Shown piece after piece: positions 1 to 9,680 of a stretch of 64,000 nucleotides of DNA (within the stretch, counting starts at the first letter, position 1; each line of letters opens with the position of its first letter). Origin of the DNA: Candidatus Latescibacterota bacterium (GTDB taxonomy: Bacteria; Latescibacterota; UBA2968); the NCBI GenBank assembly GCA_965204745.1, contig OZ242010.1, positions 2,016,001 through 2,080,000 of the forward strand, given 5' to 3'. The notes under the pieces were generated by a model. It was not told the DNA's origin. It ran no database searches and worked only from the letters and a program-made list of their open reading frames with translations. The position numbers and the translations under genes are program-made.

Positions 1-834
1 GGCAAAGAGATTCGTCATCGCAAAATCGCCATTTTTGAGCCACGATCCGCCCACATAAAAATTGATCTTCTGCTCGACCCATCGCGGCCACAACACGACG
101 CGCCCCAAAAAGGACGGTTTATCCCGGTCCGCGATCAAAGAGACCAGCGCGCCTTGGGCGTCTCGCACCGTGTTTTCCGCGAGGGCGTGGGCGCGATGAA
201 TCCCCGCGGTCAGGGACAGCCACAGGTATTTGTAATAATGCACTTCCGCGCCGTATTCGGCGTAATTGGGCGCGATGAGGGACGAGTACCCGGCAACATG
301 GGGCGTTTGCCGAACCAGCATGGTGTGATCGTCATACCGCATGCCGATGGATGGCTGAAAATGTCCCACGCGCACCGCGGGCCAGTCGTAGTTGGGCTGG
401 TAAATCGCAGACGCGGTCCACGCTCGCTGCCCATCGTATTTCTCCGGGCCAAAATTGTACGTGCCTTCAACCTTGAAGGCATTGGAGGGCCGCACGACAC
501 CATACAGCGCGACCTGCATGGGAAAGACCTTGCGCGCCGCGTCTGGCGAGATATGTGACCGCGCCATTTGCCCGCGCACATCCGCGCCCAACAGCAGCAG
601 GCCATCGGCAAACGCGGTCTTGCCCGGCAAAACGTAATTGGGCGCGAGCATTCCCACGCCATCCATCGAATACTGCCCCAACTCGTCCCGCTGCGCCCCG
701 CCCTGCGTGCTGACGTGGCAGTTGATGCACCGATTGCCGGTGAGCAAGGCAAATTGCGAGAGGGCCTCGGCCTGTCCCATCCATCCGATCCCTATCCCGA
801 TCACCCATCCCAACACGCGAAAATACGTCGTCAT
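1..834 (-). CDS. Monoheme cytochrome c / putative outer-membrane beta-barrel fusion (Cyc2-like), truncated by window start
   Basis: Hand translation from ATG 834 is open to base 1: signal peptide ending AEA, then LSQFALLTGNRCINCHVSTQGG (CxxCH), then aromatic, beta-strand-like sequence. Not in ORF track (no stop in window). Confidence 0.7.
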   Translation of the reverse strand, partial: MTTYFRVLGWVIGIGIGWMGQAEALSQFALLTGNRCINCHVSTQGGAQRDELGQYSMDGVGMLAPNYVLPGKTAFADGLLLLGADVRGQMARSHISPDAARKVFPMQVALYGVVRPSNAFKVEGTYNFGPEKYDGQRAWTASAIYQPNYDWPAVRVGHFQPSIGMRYDDHTMLVRQTPHVAGYSSLIAPNYAEYGAEVHYYKYLWLSLTAGIHRAHALAENTVRDAQGALVSLIADRDKPSFLGRVVLWPRWVEQKINFYVGGSWLKNGDFAMTNLFA

Positions 835-913
835 ACTTTTATCCCTTCTCGTCATCATCGTCGCCTTCTGTTAGGTTGAACCGCGTTTGAGGTCGTTCAC
901 GAAACGAAATACG

Positions 914-985
914 ACCCCTCCCCCGGCCCCTCCCCGAAACGGAGAGGGGAGTCCTGATCTCCTACCTCGTAGGATTGGGGTAGGA
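914..985. repeat. REP-like GC-rich hairpin repeat
   Basis: cccctccccgaaacggagagggg stem-loop plus cctac..gtagg palindrome; similar in style to hairpins at 7083-7280. Confidence 0.55.
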
Positions 986-1064
986 AAAAAACAATTTCTG
1001 AGTTCGTTTGGAAAATGAATGATGTGATCTGAAGCAAAAGAATCCAGTTGTGGTTTTGCGTCCA

Positions 1065-2231
1065 TCATGTTTTCCCCTGATTTGGTTCGATGAGTGCTAC
1101 TCGATGCGCTTTTTGCGATTCCTCGTAAAAGATCATCATGTCCAAATCTGGCACTTCTGCGGGCGCGAAGTACCACTTTGCAATGAGCGTCTCGCCCTCT
1201 ACTGCCAGCACTTTCAGATCAAAAAACACCTCTGGGGTTGAGAATTTGCGCTTGACCTCGGCGCGCACGCGCTTCAGGTCTGCGGGGAAGGATGCACCGC
1301 GCTTGGGCACGGTGAGTTCGGCATGCACGAAAAGCGGCACTTGTCGTTGATTGAAGGTCGGCAACCCGTGTATTGGCGCGAGGCCATCGAGGTAATATTG
1401 TAGCAACTTGTCGGTTTTGCGATCAACGACAATTTGTTTCGTCAGCGCACGGACGAGCGCGAGCGCGAAGCACACCAGATGGTTGACCTGTTTGCTACTC
1501 AAGGTCAAGCTGGTTCCCGCTTTGGAATCCGAGAGGGTCAATGTGTCTCCGGAGACAGAGAAGCTATTTTTGTGTATGACCGCATTCCGATACGGCATCA
1601 GTTGACAAAAGAGGGCCTTCGCGTAGTCGTAAAGGTGCGGTTGGTTTTTGAACGGGTCGGGGAGTTGGAGATTGGATGCTCGTTGCGTCAGAATTTTCAC
1701 TTTGTCCGCAAAACGCCAAGGTACCTTTGAGATGTTCCCACAGTTATGATTCTCTTCAAGGATCCATTCAAAGATCATATCCAGCGTCTTGAAAGATGCA
1801 ACGAAGGTGAGGGGCATCATGGCGTTCAGGAGACTTGAGTCGGGGCCAAAAACAGATTCCTCAAAGGTTAGCTCATGCGAAATCTGCTGTTCGCCATTCG
1901 TGATCCTGATCACCGGAGCGTCGCGCTGGCTTCTGCCCATTTCATAACGCTTTTCCAGAAAATCGAGAAACCAGGCCTCATACTCCAACTTGTCCAAAAG
2001 CCTTCCCCGCTCTGTACTTTGGGGATTAGCCCTTGCTTCTCGTTGGAGTTTCGATCTGCTCTGTGAGATGCGTTTGACAACCGGTGGCGCGTACAGCCGC
2101 TCGCCACAACGCAGACAAACTTCCGCTTGAATTTTCACGATCTCGGAAAGAGCGCCAACTCGCACAATTTTCTCGACTTTCTTTTTTTTTATCCCGCCAC
2201 CACATACCGGACATTTATCAAACGACGCCAT
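1065..2231 (-). CDS. YgiT/MqsA-type zinc finger fused to a putative HEPN-like domain
   Basis: N-terminal CPVCGG..CLRCGE; C-terminal region has RNAVIH (RxxxxH); SD-like GGAGA upstream. Confidence 0.6.
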   Translation of the reverse strand: MASFDKCPVCGGGIKKKKVEKIVRVGALSEIVKIQAEVCLRCGERLYAPPVVKRISQSRSKLQREARANPQSTERGRLLDKLEYEAWFLDFLEKRYEMGRSQRDAPVIRITNGEQQISHELTFEESVFGPDSSLLNAMMPLTFVASFKTLDMIFEWILEENHNCGNISKVPWRFADKVKILTQRASNLQLPDPFKNQPHLYDYAKALFCQLMPYRNAVIHKNSFSVSGDTLTLSDSKAGTSLTLSSKQVNHLVCFALALVRALTKQIVVDRKTDKLLQYYLDGLAPIHGLPTFNQRQVPLFVHAELTVPKRGASFPADLKRVRAEVKRKFSTPEVFFDLKVLAVEGETLIAKWYFAPAEVPDLDMMIFYEESQKAHRVALIEPNQGKT

Positions 2232-2274
2232 TAGGTTCTCCCAATTCGCAATTCTCTTATGTGGTCGCGTTTGA

Positions 2275-2835
2275 TTAAAACGTCTGTCCGTCGCCGGGGG
2301 CGCCGCCGCCGAAGGTCACTTCCATGCCCGTGAGGTCGCGTAGAAAAATTTGCAGGCGGATGATATGCACATTGCCCGCGCCCATTCGCATGTTCAGGCC
2401 ATCGATGACTTCGGGCGTGAGGAAATCGAGGTTTTGCTCCAAGAACGCGATTCCGTCGAGATAGTCTTCAAACGCGGCTTCAAACTCTTCGATGTGCAAC
2501 CGGCGCAAATACGGATTCTCGGGGCGCATGGCGCGCAAGGTCCCCAAAATGGCGTGCAGGCGTGCGGTCATGTTGTGGATAAATTGCCGCGACCAATAGA
2601 CCGGGATCGCGTTTTGCGTGACCTCGGCCGTTACCCCGCCGTATTCCGCGAAAAAGACGTCAATGGATGGAAAGACCCCGTTGATCGCGCTGATGTACGC
2701 ATTGGCCTCATCCGCGGTTGCGTAGTCAAAAGTCAGTTCGGCGGGCGGCTCAGGCTCTAACGTCGCGGGATTTGTGGGAGTTGAAGACCCGCATCCGATG
2801 CACAGCAATGCAAAACACAAGATCCATGGTTTCAT
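2275..2835 (-). CDS. Hypothetical lipoprotein
   Basis: MKPWILCFALLCIGC lipobox-like signal; GGAG upstream of ATG 2835. Confidence 0.65.
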   Translation of the reverse strand: MKPWILCFALLCIGCGSSTPTNPATLEPEPPAELTFDYATADEANAYISAINGVFPSIDVFFAEYGGVTAEVTQNAIPVYWSRQFIHNMTARLHAILGTLRAMRPENPYLRRLHIEEFEAAFEDYLDGIAFLEQNLDFLTPEVIDGLNMRMGAGNVHIIRLQIFLRDLTGMEVTFGGGAPGDGQTF

Positions 2836-3009
2836 AACGTCTCCTGCAACTGTCTTAAAAACCCTGACAGCCATTGAATAGTTGCAAAAGCAGTCGCTTT
2901 TCGCAGGTCAAAACCTCACATACCGCTAAGATGGGATGCCTTTATTTAGGCTAAACGGATCGATTCCCGCGTTGGCTACGCCTGTGCCTACGAGAATGAG
3001 GGGTGGAAG

Positions 3010-3516
3010 TCATACCATATAAATCAAACGCCGTTTCTGGTATCGTTCGGTATTTCCCAAAAGGCGAGCGATTTCGTCGTCCGACAGGGGGCGACGCGGT
3101 TTGGCGGGGACCCCGGCCACGAGCGTGCGCGGCTCAACTTCCGCGCCTTCCAAGACGAGGGCGTGCGCGGCCACCAGCGCGGATTCGCCCACCACTGCGC
3201 CTGTCAACACGGTTGCCCCCATCCCGATAGTCACGCCAGGTTTGATTTGACACCCGTGCAAAATCGCGTTGTGTCCCACCGTCACATTTTCGCCCACGTC
3301 ACAGGGATAGCCCGGATCCGTATGCACCACAACGCCATCTTGGATATTCGATCCCTCGCGGATGACAATGGGCTCGACATCGCCCCGAATCACCGCGTTG
3401 AACCAGACACTCACCCCCGCGCTGATCACCACGTCGCCAATGACCACCGCGCCGGGCGCGACATAAGCCGACGGGTCGATGCGCGGGGTTTTGTCTTTGT
3501 AGGGCAAGATCGTCAT
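3010..3516 (-). CDS. Gamma-carbonic anhydrase family (YrdA/PaaY-like)
   Basis: Hexapeptide repeats, IRGD, NIQD..VVH, VGHNAILHG motifs. Confidence 0.92.
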   Translation of the reverse strand: MTILPYKDKTPRIDPSAYVAPGAVVIGDVVISAGVSVWFNAVIRGDVEPIVIREGSNIQDGVVVHTDPGYPCDVGENVTVGHNAILHGCQIKPGVTIGMGATVLTGAVVGESALVAAHALVLEGAEVEPRTLVAGVPAKPRRPLSDDEIARLLGNTERYQKRRLIYMV

Positions 3517-3520
3517 GGTC

Positions 3521-4483
3521 TCATCGCCTCTTATCATCCGCGACCGGGCCGAGGGTAAATGTCTCGCTGCTCTGCGTGGCTTTCGCGCCTGTCACCAGCC
3601 CGGTCACGAAACCGAAAATGCCAAAAATTGCGGCGGCCCAGATCATCGTCTCTTTGACATCGGCATTGGCCTGCCAGGCAGCGAGCGCGCCTGTCACCGC
3701 GCCCGTGGCCGCGCCGCCGAGTCCCGATACAATGGCCCGTTCCATCGCAACCGAACCGCGTTGACCAAAGAACCGCACCTCGCGGATATCGGACGTAGCG
3801 ACTTTTTGAACTTGCAAATCCGTCTCGATCAAAATGCTGTGATCTTCGTACATCGGCAGAAATTCGCCTTTGATTTGCTCGCCGTTCTTCAAGGTGAGCA
3901 TGCCGGGAAAGCGCGTTTCCACGCGAAAGCGCGTCTTGCGTTCTTCAAAAGAAATGGCGTCTTCGGTGTATTGCGGATAGGTCGCATCGCTTGTTGACGT
4001 GTCCGCTAACGCGTACTCGCCCTTGATGATCTCATCGAAATGCTCGATGTAGTCCCGCAAGCGGTGCAAGTCGTTTTCATTTCGCAAATCGACCAACTGG
4101 GTTTCGATGCGTGGGCCGGAGCGGTATTGAATTTTGATGGCGAGTTTGCCATTGTCGCGCTTCATAAACTCGGCGGACTGGAATCCCGATACGCCCAAGC
4201 GCAAGACCGGCAGGTCTATTTTTTGCGAATACACGGTCGCGCCTTGAAACAGGGCGTAGCGATTGCTCTCTTCCAAGTCGATTTGAGCACCCACCCGTTG
4301 GCTCAACACGATGCGCGTGCCAGACACGCGGCGCACATCCACGATCCCCCAGGCATCTTCGCCCAAGCGGTCGATCACGCGCTCGGCTGGCATCTCCTTT
4401 TCGCGGTCAGCGGCCCGCACCGGGCACACGGAAAACAACAACATGCACATCGCGGTTATGATGGAAATTGATTTTTTGATCAT
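3521..4483 (-). CDS. Hypothetical exported/membrane protein with C-terminal glycine-zipper helices
   Basis: Signal peptide, two Gly/Ala-rich hydrophobic segments near C-terminus, AGGAG upstream. Confidence 0.7.
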   Translation of the reverse strand: MIKKSISIITAMCMLLFSVCPVRAADREKEMPAERVIDRLGEDAWGIVDVRRVSGTRIVLSQRVGAQIDLEESNRYALFQGATVYSQKIDLPVLRLGVSGFQSAEFMKRDNGKLAIKIQYRSGPRIETQLVDLRNENDLHRLRDYIEHFDEIIKGEYALADTSTSDATYPQYTEDAISFEERKTRFRVETRFPGMLTLKNGEQIKGEFLPMYEDHSILIETDLQVQKVATSDIREVRFFGQRGSVAMERAIVSGLGGAATGAVTGALAAWQANADVKETMIWAAAIFGIFGFVTGLVTGAKATQSSETFTLGPVADDKRR

Positions 4484-4630
4484 GAAATTCTCCTGTGAAA
4501 AATGGATGAAAAGGAAAAAAACAAAAATCACTGGACCCGGCGTTGGCTACGCTTGGGTGACGAAAACTTACACAAAATTGAATTGCCATTGTCCTGATGT
4601 GATATGCTACCAGCCAGTGATCCCCTTGAA

Positions 4631-4808
4631 GTTACGCACAGATTAGCAAATGTGCTACTTGCTCATTTAAGGCGTTTGGTCCTACAGCCTCGTTGGTTGC
4701 CTCCGATGCCTTCGGCGACCTACTTTTTTTCAACAGCAAAAAAAAGTAGGCAAAAAATGCCGCTCTCAAACGCCGAGAGGCTTGCACAGCGCAAATCGCT
4801 TTTGTAAC
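4631..4808. repeat. GTTAC...GTAAC-bounded miniature repeat element
   Basis: Imperfect terminal inverted repeats, internal cctacttttttt..aaaaaaagtagg hairpin; first ~53 bp recur inside the three MITEs. Confidence 0.65.
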
Positions 4809-4929
4809 AGAACGATATACGCCAGCCTGCAAAGTGAGTTGCAAGATGGACATGGGTTGCCAATGGACTTGCGCGCTGTGCGTGATGGCTTGATCGGAGG
4901 GGGTTTTGCGATGGCAGAGCGGATGCGCG

Positions 4930-5053
4930 ATGCGATGGACGCGGCATCGCCCCTACACCCTTTTGTGCCTTTTGTATTTTTGTGTTTTTGTGCCTTTTGT
5001 GGCTCTCTTCAGGTTGGGCGGCCGGGTAGGGACTGACCACTGACCACTGACCT
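4930..5053 (-). repeat. Composite repeat: heptamer array + 9-mer array + GTAG-type REP
   Basis: Minus strand: (GGTCAGT)n ... GCCAC-(AAAAGGCAC-like)n-GTAGGGGCGATG. Confidence 0.75.
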
Positions 5054-5056
5054 CAC

Positions 5057-5677
5057 CTATTCCCCGCGAATGGCCTTGGAAATGCCTTCCAAAATATACG
5101 GGCGGTACTTGCGAAATCGCAGGCGGGGGTGGAAAAAGGTGCGCTCGGGATCGGCTGTGCCGGGGATGGGAATCAGGCGCGTCAGATCCACGCTGGACAA
5201 GGTGGCTTCGCCCAAAAACCACTCTGCGATCTGCTTGACCGTGCGGTTGGGGCGACCGTCTTCAATGGCGATTTCTTCGTCTAGTGGAAAGAACAAGGCG
5301 CCATCTCCCATGACCGACACATCTTTTTGGTACGCGAGTGCGGCTTCTGTGAGTTGCCCGGGTTCTGAAATGACCACGGCCGTGACGCAGGCGACGTCCC
5401 GCTTGGACACAATGTCGCTAAACAGGGTGCGGATGCGATTTTGCAAGCCCCCGTATTCGTCCAAAAGCCGGAGCGTCCGGGGATTCACGCCCGCTTGTAG
5501 CAGCCCCAAGGCGTTGTAGCGGAGGCACTCGGCTACAAAATCGTCTTCATTGTCAAACAGGCCCACGCCGATGAGATGATCCTCATCCATCACATTGATC
5601 TGCGTGAGTCCAGACCCTGCCTCGTGCTGGAGCAAATCGTAAAAACGCCGCACATCCCGCTCGTGAAAACGCCTCAT
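5057..5677 (-). CDS. Hypothetical protein, possible degenerate primase (AEP/RepB-like) fold
   Basis: ATGA-coupled to argH stop; GLFDN, GVNPR and DLTRLIPIPGT motifs. Confidence 0.6.
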   Translation of the reverse strand: MRRFHERDVRRFYDLLQHEAGSGLTQINVMDEDHLIGVGLFDNEDDFVAECLRYNALGLLQAGVNPRTLRLLDEYGGLQNRIRTLFSDIVSKRDVACVTAVVISEPGQLTEAALAYQKDVSVMGDGALFFPLDEEIAIEDGRPNRTVKQIAEWFLGEATLSSVDLTRLIPIPGTADPERTFFHPRLRFRKYRPYILEGISKAIRGE

Positions 5678-7074
5678 CCACACGCCTTTCTAGGGGTCAG
5701 CAACCGCCGACCCGCCTCGATCTGTCGCAAAACGGCGTCGCGCCCGGTGCCCCCGTCCAAGTTGCGCGCTTCGAGACTCGCCTCGGCTGACAAAACCTCG
5801 CGCACATCTGCATCGAACACCTCGGACGCCGCCCGCAGGGTTGCCATGTCCAATGCCTCCAATCGTTCCCCACGCGCCAGGGCCGTTCTGACGAGTTGGC
5901 CCACAATGCGATGGCACACGCGAAAGGGCACGCCTTTGCGCGCGAGATAGTCCGCCAAATCCGTGGCCAAGATGGTGCTGTCCAGCGCGTCTGCCATGCG
6001 CTCGCCATTGATTTTCATGGACTGCCACGCGCCGGCAACCACGGACAGGGCGATATGCACGGTGTCTGCCGTGTCAAAAACCGGCTCTTTGTCCTCCTGC
6101 ATATCCTTGGCGTACGTCAGGGGAATGGCCTTCATCACGGTGAGCAACGACATCAAATTGCCGTACACGCGCCCGGTCTTGCCGCGCACCAGTTCCAGCG
6201 AATCGGGATTTTTCTTTTGTGGCATCATGCTCGACCCCGTGCTGAACGCGTCGTCCAATTCGATGAACCCAAACTCCGAAGACGACCAGAGGATCAAATC
6301 CTCGCAAAACCGGCTCAAGTGCCCCATCAAAATGGCGGCTGCAGACAGGTACTCCAAAAAATAATCCCGGTCGCTCACCGCGTCGATGCTGTTCTCCGCG
6401 ACGCGCGCAAAGCCCAACTCCGCGCGCAAAAATTCTCGGTCGAGCGGGTACGCGCTTCCGGCCAACGCGCCCGCGCCCAAGGGCATGGCATCGGCGCGGT
6501 TCCAGCAATCCTCAAAGCGCGTGCGGTCGCGCGCCAGCATCCAGAACAGGGCCATGGCGTAATGCGAAAACCGGATCGGCTGCGCCTGTTGCACATGCGT
6601 ATAGCCCGGCATGATCACATCGAGATGGGCTTCGGCAACGGCTAGCACCACGCCCATCACGCGCTCGATCTGCGCGATGGCGTCGGCGATGGCGTCGCGC
6701 AAAAACAATCGCTCGTCCAACGCGACTTGATCGTTGCGACTGCGGCCCGTGTGGATTTTCGCGCCCGCGTCGCCGACCAATTCGATCAACCGCTTTTCCA
6801 CCGCCATGTGGATGTCTTCCAGATCGTCGGTCAGGGGCAACGCGCCCGAGTCGATCTCTCGCTCCACGCGATTGAGACCCGCGAGCACCCGTTCCCGCTC
6901 CCCCTTTGTCAAGATGCCCATTCGGGCCAGCGCGCGGGTTTGTGCGCGGCTGCCTTCGATGTCCACTTTGTACAGCCGCTTGTCAAAACCGATAGAGGCG
7001 TTGAATTTTTCCATCAGTTTTTCGGTCGATCCCGCGAAGCGCCCGCTCCAGGGTTTTTCGGATGAATTGTTCAT
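5674..7074 (-). CDS. argH: Argininosuccinate lyase
   Basis: WSGRF, HTGRSRNDQ, GSSMMPQKKNPD signatures; longer ORF-track start lies in a repeat. Confidence 0.98.
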   Translation of the reverse strand: MNNSSEKPWSGRFAGSTEKLMEKFNASIGFDKRLYKVDIEGSRAQTRALARMGILTKGERERVLAGLNRVEREIDSGALPLTDDLEDIHMAVEKRLIELVGDAGAKIHTGRSRNDQVALDERLFLRDAIADAIAQIERVMGVVLAVAEAHLDVIMPGYTHVQQAQPIRFSHYAMALFWMLARDRTRFEDCWNRADAMPLGAGALAGSAYPLDREFLRAELGFARVAENSIDAVSDRDYFLEYLSAAAILMGHLSRFCEDLILWSSSEFGFIELDDAFSTGSSMMPQKKNPDSLELVRGKTGRVYGNLMSLLTVMKAIPLTYAKDMQEDKEPVFDTADTVHIALSVVAGAWQSMKINGERMADALDSTILATDLADYLARKGVPFRVCHRIVGQLVRTALARGERLEALDMATLRAASEVFDADVREVLSAEASLEARNLDGGTGRDAVLRQIEAGRRLLTPRKACG

Positions 7075-7082
7075 GTTCAGTA

Positions 7083-7280
7083 GGGACCTATCCCCCCGGC
7101 CCCCTTTCCTACAAGGAAAGGGGGAGTAGGGCTTGCTTGATAGCGAACGCAAGGGCTATTTGGATGGCTTTGGGATGTGTGGATCAAGCCATGAAAACCC
7201 CCAAAACCTCTCACACAATCCCTCGCAAAACCGATCCTCGTTCCCCCTTCCTCACAGGGAGGGGGGCTAGGGGGGTGGGT
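7083..7280. repeat. Paired-hairpin (REPIN/BIME-like) repeat
   Basis: ccccttt cct..aggaaagggg and cccccttcct..agggaggggg hairpins; same module is carried in the MITEs. Confidence 0.8.
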
Positions 7281-9292
7281 CACGGATCGCAATGAATCTC
7301 ATGCCCATCGCCGGGGAACCAAAAGAAATCGACAAAAACGCCCAGGGTCACGCCGGCGATATAGCCCATGATCATCCCCAAGAAAAAGGGCGCGTAGTGT
7401 CGGTAGCGTTCCAACCCACCCAATTTCATGATGATGGTCTTCACGCCCCACATCAGAAACAGGCTAAAGGAATTGTCCTGCATTTCCACCATGCCGCAAA
7501 TCGTGAACCCGATGGGATGGATGGGAAAGCCCGGGAACCGATACCGCAGGTAGTAGAGCGTGGCTGTAAATACGCCTCCGATGCCCATGCACAGGAAGCG
7601 GTTCCAATCCGTGAACAGCGTGTCTGATTGAAGTCTCGACACGGCCAAGCGGCTGAAGCCCGCCCCGTTGAGCGCGCCGATGCCCTTGAAGGTGGTGCGT
7701 CCAAAATTCGCGCTGCCAATGCCGTAGTAGCCCTGATAGATGACGAACCCGACGACCGCGATGACGCCGAGCAGGCAACCGATGAGCACTGTGGGCGCCA
7801 CGGCTTTGCGGCTGCGCTTTGCCATGGCCATGCTCAAGCGCGGGATATGCGCCATTTGCGTGGTGGCAAAGGTTTTCCCATCCGCGACCAGGCTCATCGT
7901 GAGGGTCAAAATGGACGCGCCCGCAGGGCCTAAGTTGCCGACCCCAAAGGCGTGCCAGGTGAATCCCTGCGCGGTGAGGGGCACGCGGAGATACACGAGA
8001 CCGCTCTCGACCACAATGCGCGACATGCCGACAAACAGGACGAGCATGGCAAAGGACCAGCCGAGAACCGCCCCCGGCCCCATGCCTGCGCGCAACAGCC
8101 ACAAAAAGACAAACCCGCAACACGCGAGCAAGAGGCCGACTGCGGTGCGGTAGGACATGATCTCTTCCGAGTCGTCAACGCTTTCGTCGCGCAGAACGGC
8201 TTTGCGGAAAATGTCGCGGAAATGGGATCGCGCGATGTAAAACCCCCAGCCGACAAACACGGCCATGCCGCCAAAGGACATCCAACCAATCGCGGGATGG
8301 CTCGAACTCCACGGGTCATTCGCGCCCAAGTCCAAGCCAAAGCGGTTGAAAAGCCCGACCACGCAGATCTGAATGACGTGAAAAAACCACAGGCTAAACA
8401 GAACTTCCAGTTTGGTGAAGTAGCCCAGACAAAACGTGAGCAACACAAAGGTGGTGACGATGCTCGGAAATCCCGGCGCGACCGAAATCACATGCCTGCC
8501 GTATCGCCCGGCCAGGAAGGGGAACATCGGCAGGTTGACGCTGAACCAGGTGAACACGTTCCAAGCGATGATGGCAAAGGTCAGGCCAAATCCCCACTGA
8601 AACAGGCGGTTGCGTGCGAGGGTTCGCAAGGTGCCGGTCGTGCCCGAGACCCCGGTGAGTTCCAAAAGCGCGGTGGCAACCGGGAAAGACAGCCGCTCGT
8701 AGTCCATCCACTGTTTTCGCAACAACACGCTGAGACACAGGTGAATGGTCAAAATGCCCGCGATCAGCAGGCCCCACCAGAAAAGCACGGAGAACCACTC
8801 GCCCCACGGAAAAGGCGCGCCGGGCACTTGCCCTTCGTAAAACCCGCGCACCGCGTCTCGGTTGGTGATGGTCGTCCAACTCGGCATGTGGGGCAGGAGG
8901 AGCTCGTCAAACCTATTCTCGGGCGAGGCGTAATAAGCGGGCATGGTCAGCATTTGCAGAAACCACACCGTCAACCATTCGCCCTGCATGGTGGATGCCA
9001 CAAAGCCGATGCAGCAAATCGCCAGCAGCTCCGTCGGGGAAAACCCCATGCCGCGCCGCTCGAGAAACGCATTCAGAACCAGCAAGGCCACAAAGGGGAC
9101 GAGCATCGCCATCGACAGGTGCGAATGATCCGCCCGCGTGGAGTTGAGCACAAAGCTGGTGTACGTGGGCCACAAGGGCATGAGCACGCCCATCCCCAAG
9201 CCGATCAAGAGGGATCGCTTGGTGATAACAGACGATCCCTCGGCTGTATCCGATTTTGGGGCTTGCGATTTTGGTTGTGCAGACATGGGCAT
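7280..9292 (-). CDS. Large multi-pass membrane protein (DUF6785/DUF6784-like, putative peptide transporter)
   Basis: Many TM segments; RKQWMDYERLSFP and FPIHPIGF motifs typical of this family. Confidence 0.75.
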   Translation of the reverse strand: MPMSAQPKSQAPKSDTAEGSSVITKRSLLIGLGMGVLMPLWPTYTSFVLNSTRADHSHLSMAMLVPFVALLVLNAFLERRGMGFSPTELLAICCIGFVASTMQGEWLTVWFLQMLTMPAYYASPENRFDELLLPHMPSWTTITNRDAVRGFYEGQVPGAPFPWGEWFSVLFWWGLLIAGILTIHLCLSVLLRKQWMDYERLSFPVATALLELTGVSGTTGTLRTLARNRLFQWGFGLTFAIIAWNVFTWFSVNLPMFPFLAGRYGRHVISVAPGFPSIVTTFVLLTFCLGYFTKLEVLFSLWFFHVIQICVVGLFNRFGLDLGANDPWSSSHPAIGWMSFGGMAVFVGWGFYIARSHFRDIFRKAVLRDESVDDSEEIMSYRTAVGLLLACCGFVFLWLLRAGMGPGAVLGWSFAMLVLFVGMSRIVVESGLVYLRVPLTAQGFTWHAFGVGNLGPAGASILTLTMSLVADGKTFATTQMAHIPRLSMAMAKRSRKAVAPTVLIGCLLGVIAVVGFVIYQGYYGIGSANFGRTTFKGIGALNGAGFSRLAVSRLQSDTLFTDWNRFLCMGIGGVFTATLYYLRYRFPGFPIHPIGFTICGMVEMQDNSFSLFLMWGVKTIIMKLGGLERYRHYAPFFLGMIMGYIAGVTLGVFVDFFWFPGDGHEIHCDP

Positions 9293-9360
9293 TTGGGGTA
9301 AGTAAAACCAATTTGAATGGCTGTTGTCCTATTCCTGGAACACTTCAACTATCACTGCTT

Positions 9361-9388
9361 CGGACAGGCTATGGGGGCCTGTCCCTAC
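9361..9388 (-). repeat. GTAG-type REP (GTAGGGACAGG..CCTGTCC)
   Basis: Palindrome with GTAG foot; copies at 15427 and 50917. Confidence 0.75.
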
Positions 9389-9573
9389 GATACGTCTATC
9401 CGCGCCGACAAATCATTCAGCAAAAACTGAGCAGATGGTCGTCTTGCAATATAATACAATAACGCCCGAGATGCGTAATATCCATAGTTTCCCCTCTCCC
9501 CTCATCCGCCCGTGCGTGCCCGTCCTGTCCCCACCCCGCCGTGTGCGTCATGCGATTTGTCTCTTATCTCTTC

Positions 9574-9680
9574 GGGCGAGCACGGAGGCATCGCCCCTAC
9601 ACACGGCTCACCTTTTGTGCCTTTTGTGCTTTTTGTGGCTAAAATCCCCTCTTGCCTCTCCCCTCTCACCTCTCCCTCCT
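9574..9680 (-). repeat. Composite repeat: purine heptamers + 9-mer array + GTAG-type REP
   Basis: Minus strand GAGAGGTGAGAGGGGAGAGGCAAG-AGGGGATTTTAGCCAC-AAAAAGCACAAAAGGCAC..GTAGGGGCGATG. Confidence 0.75.

Noticed and set aside
154-879. ORF-track calls in the first 900 bp
   Set aside because: Alternative frames of the unlisted minus-strand CxxCH gene.
7075-7152. N-terminal extension of argH
   Set aside because: Derived from the hairpin repeat; ArgH-like sequence starts at 7074.
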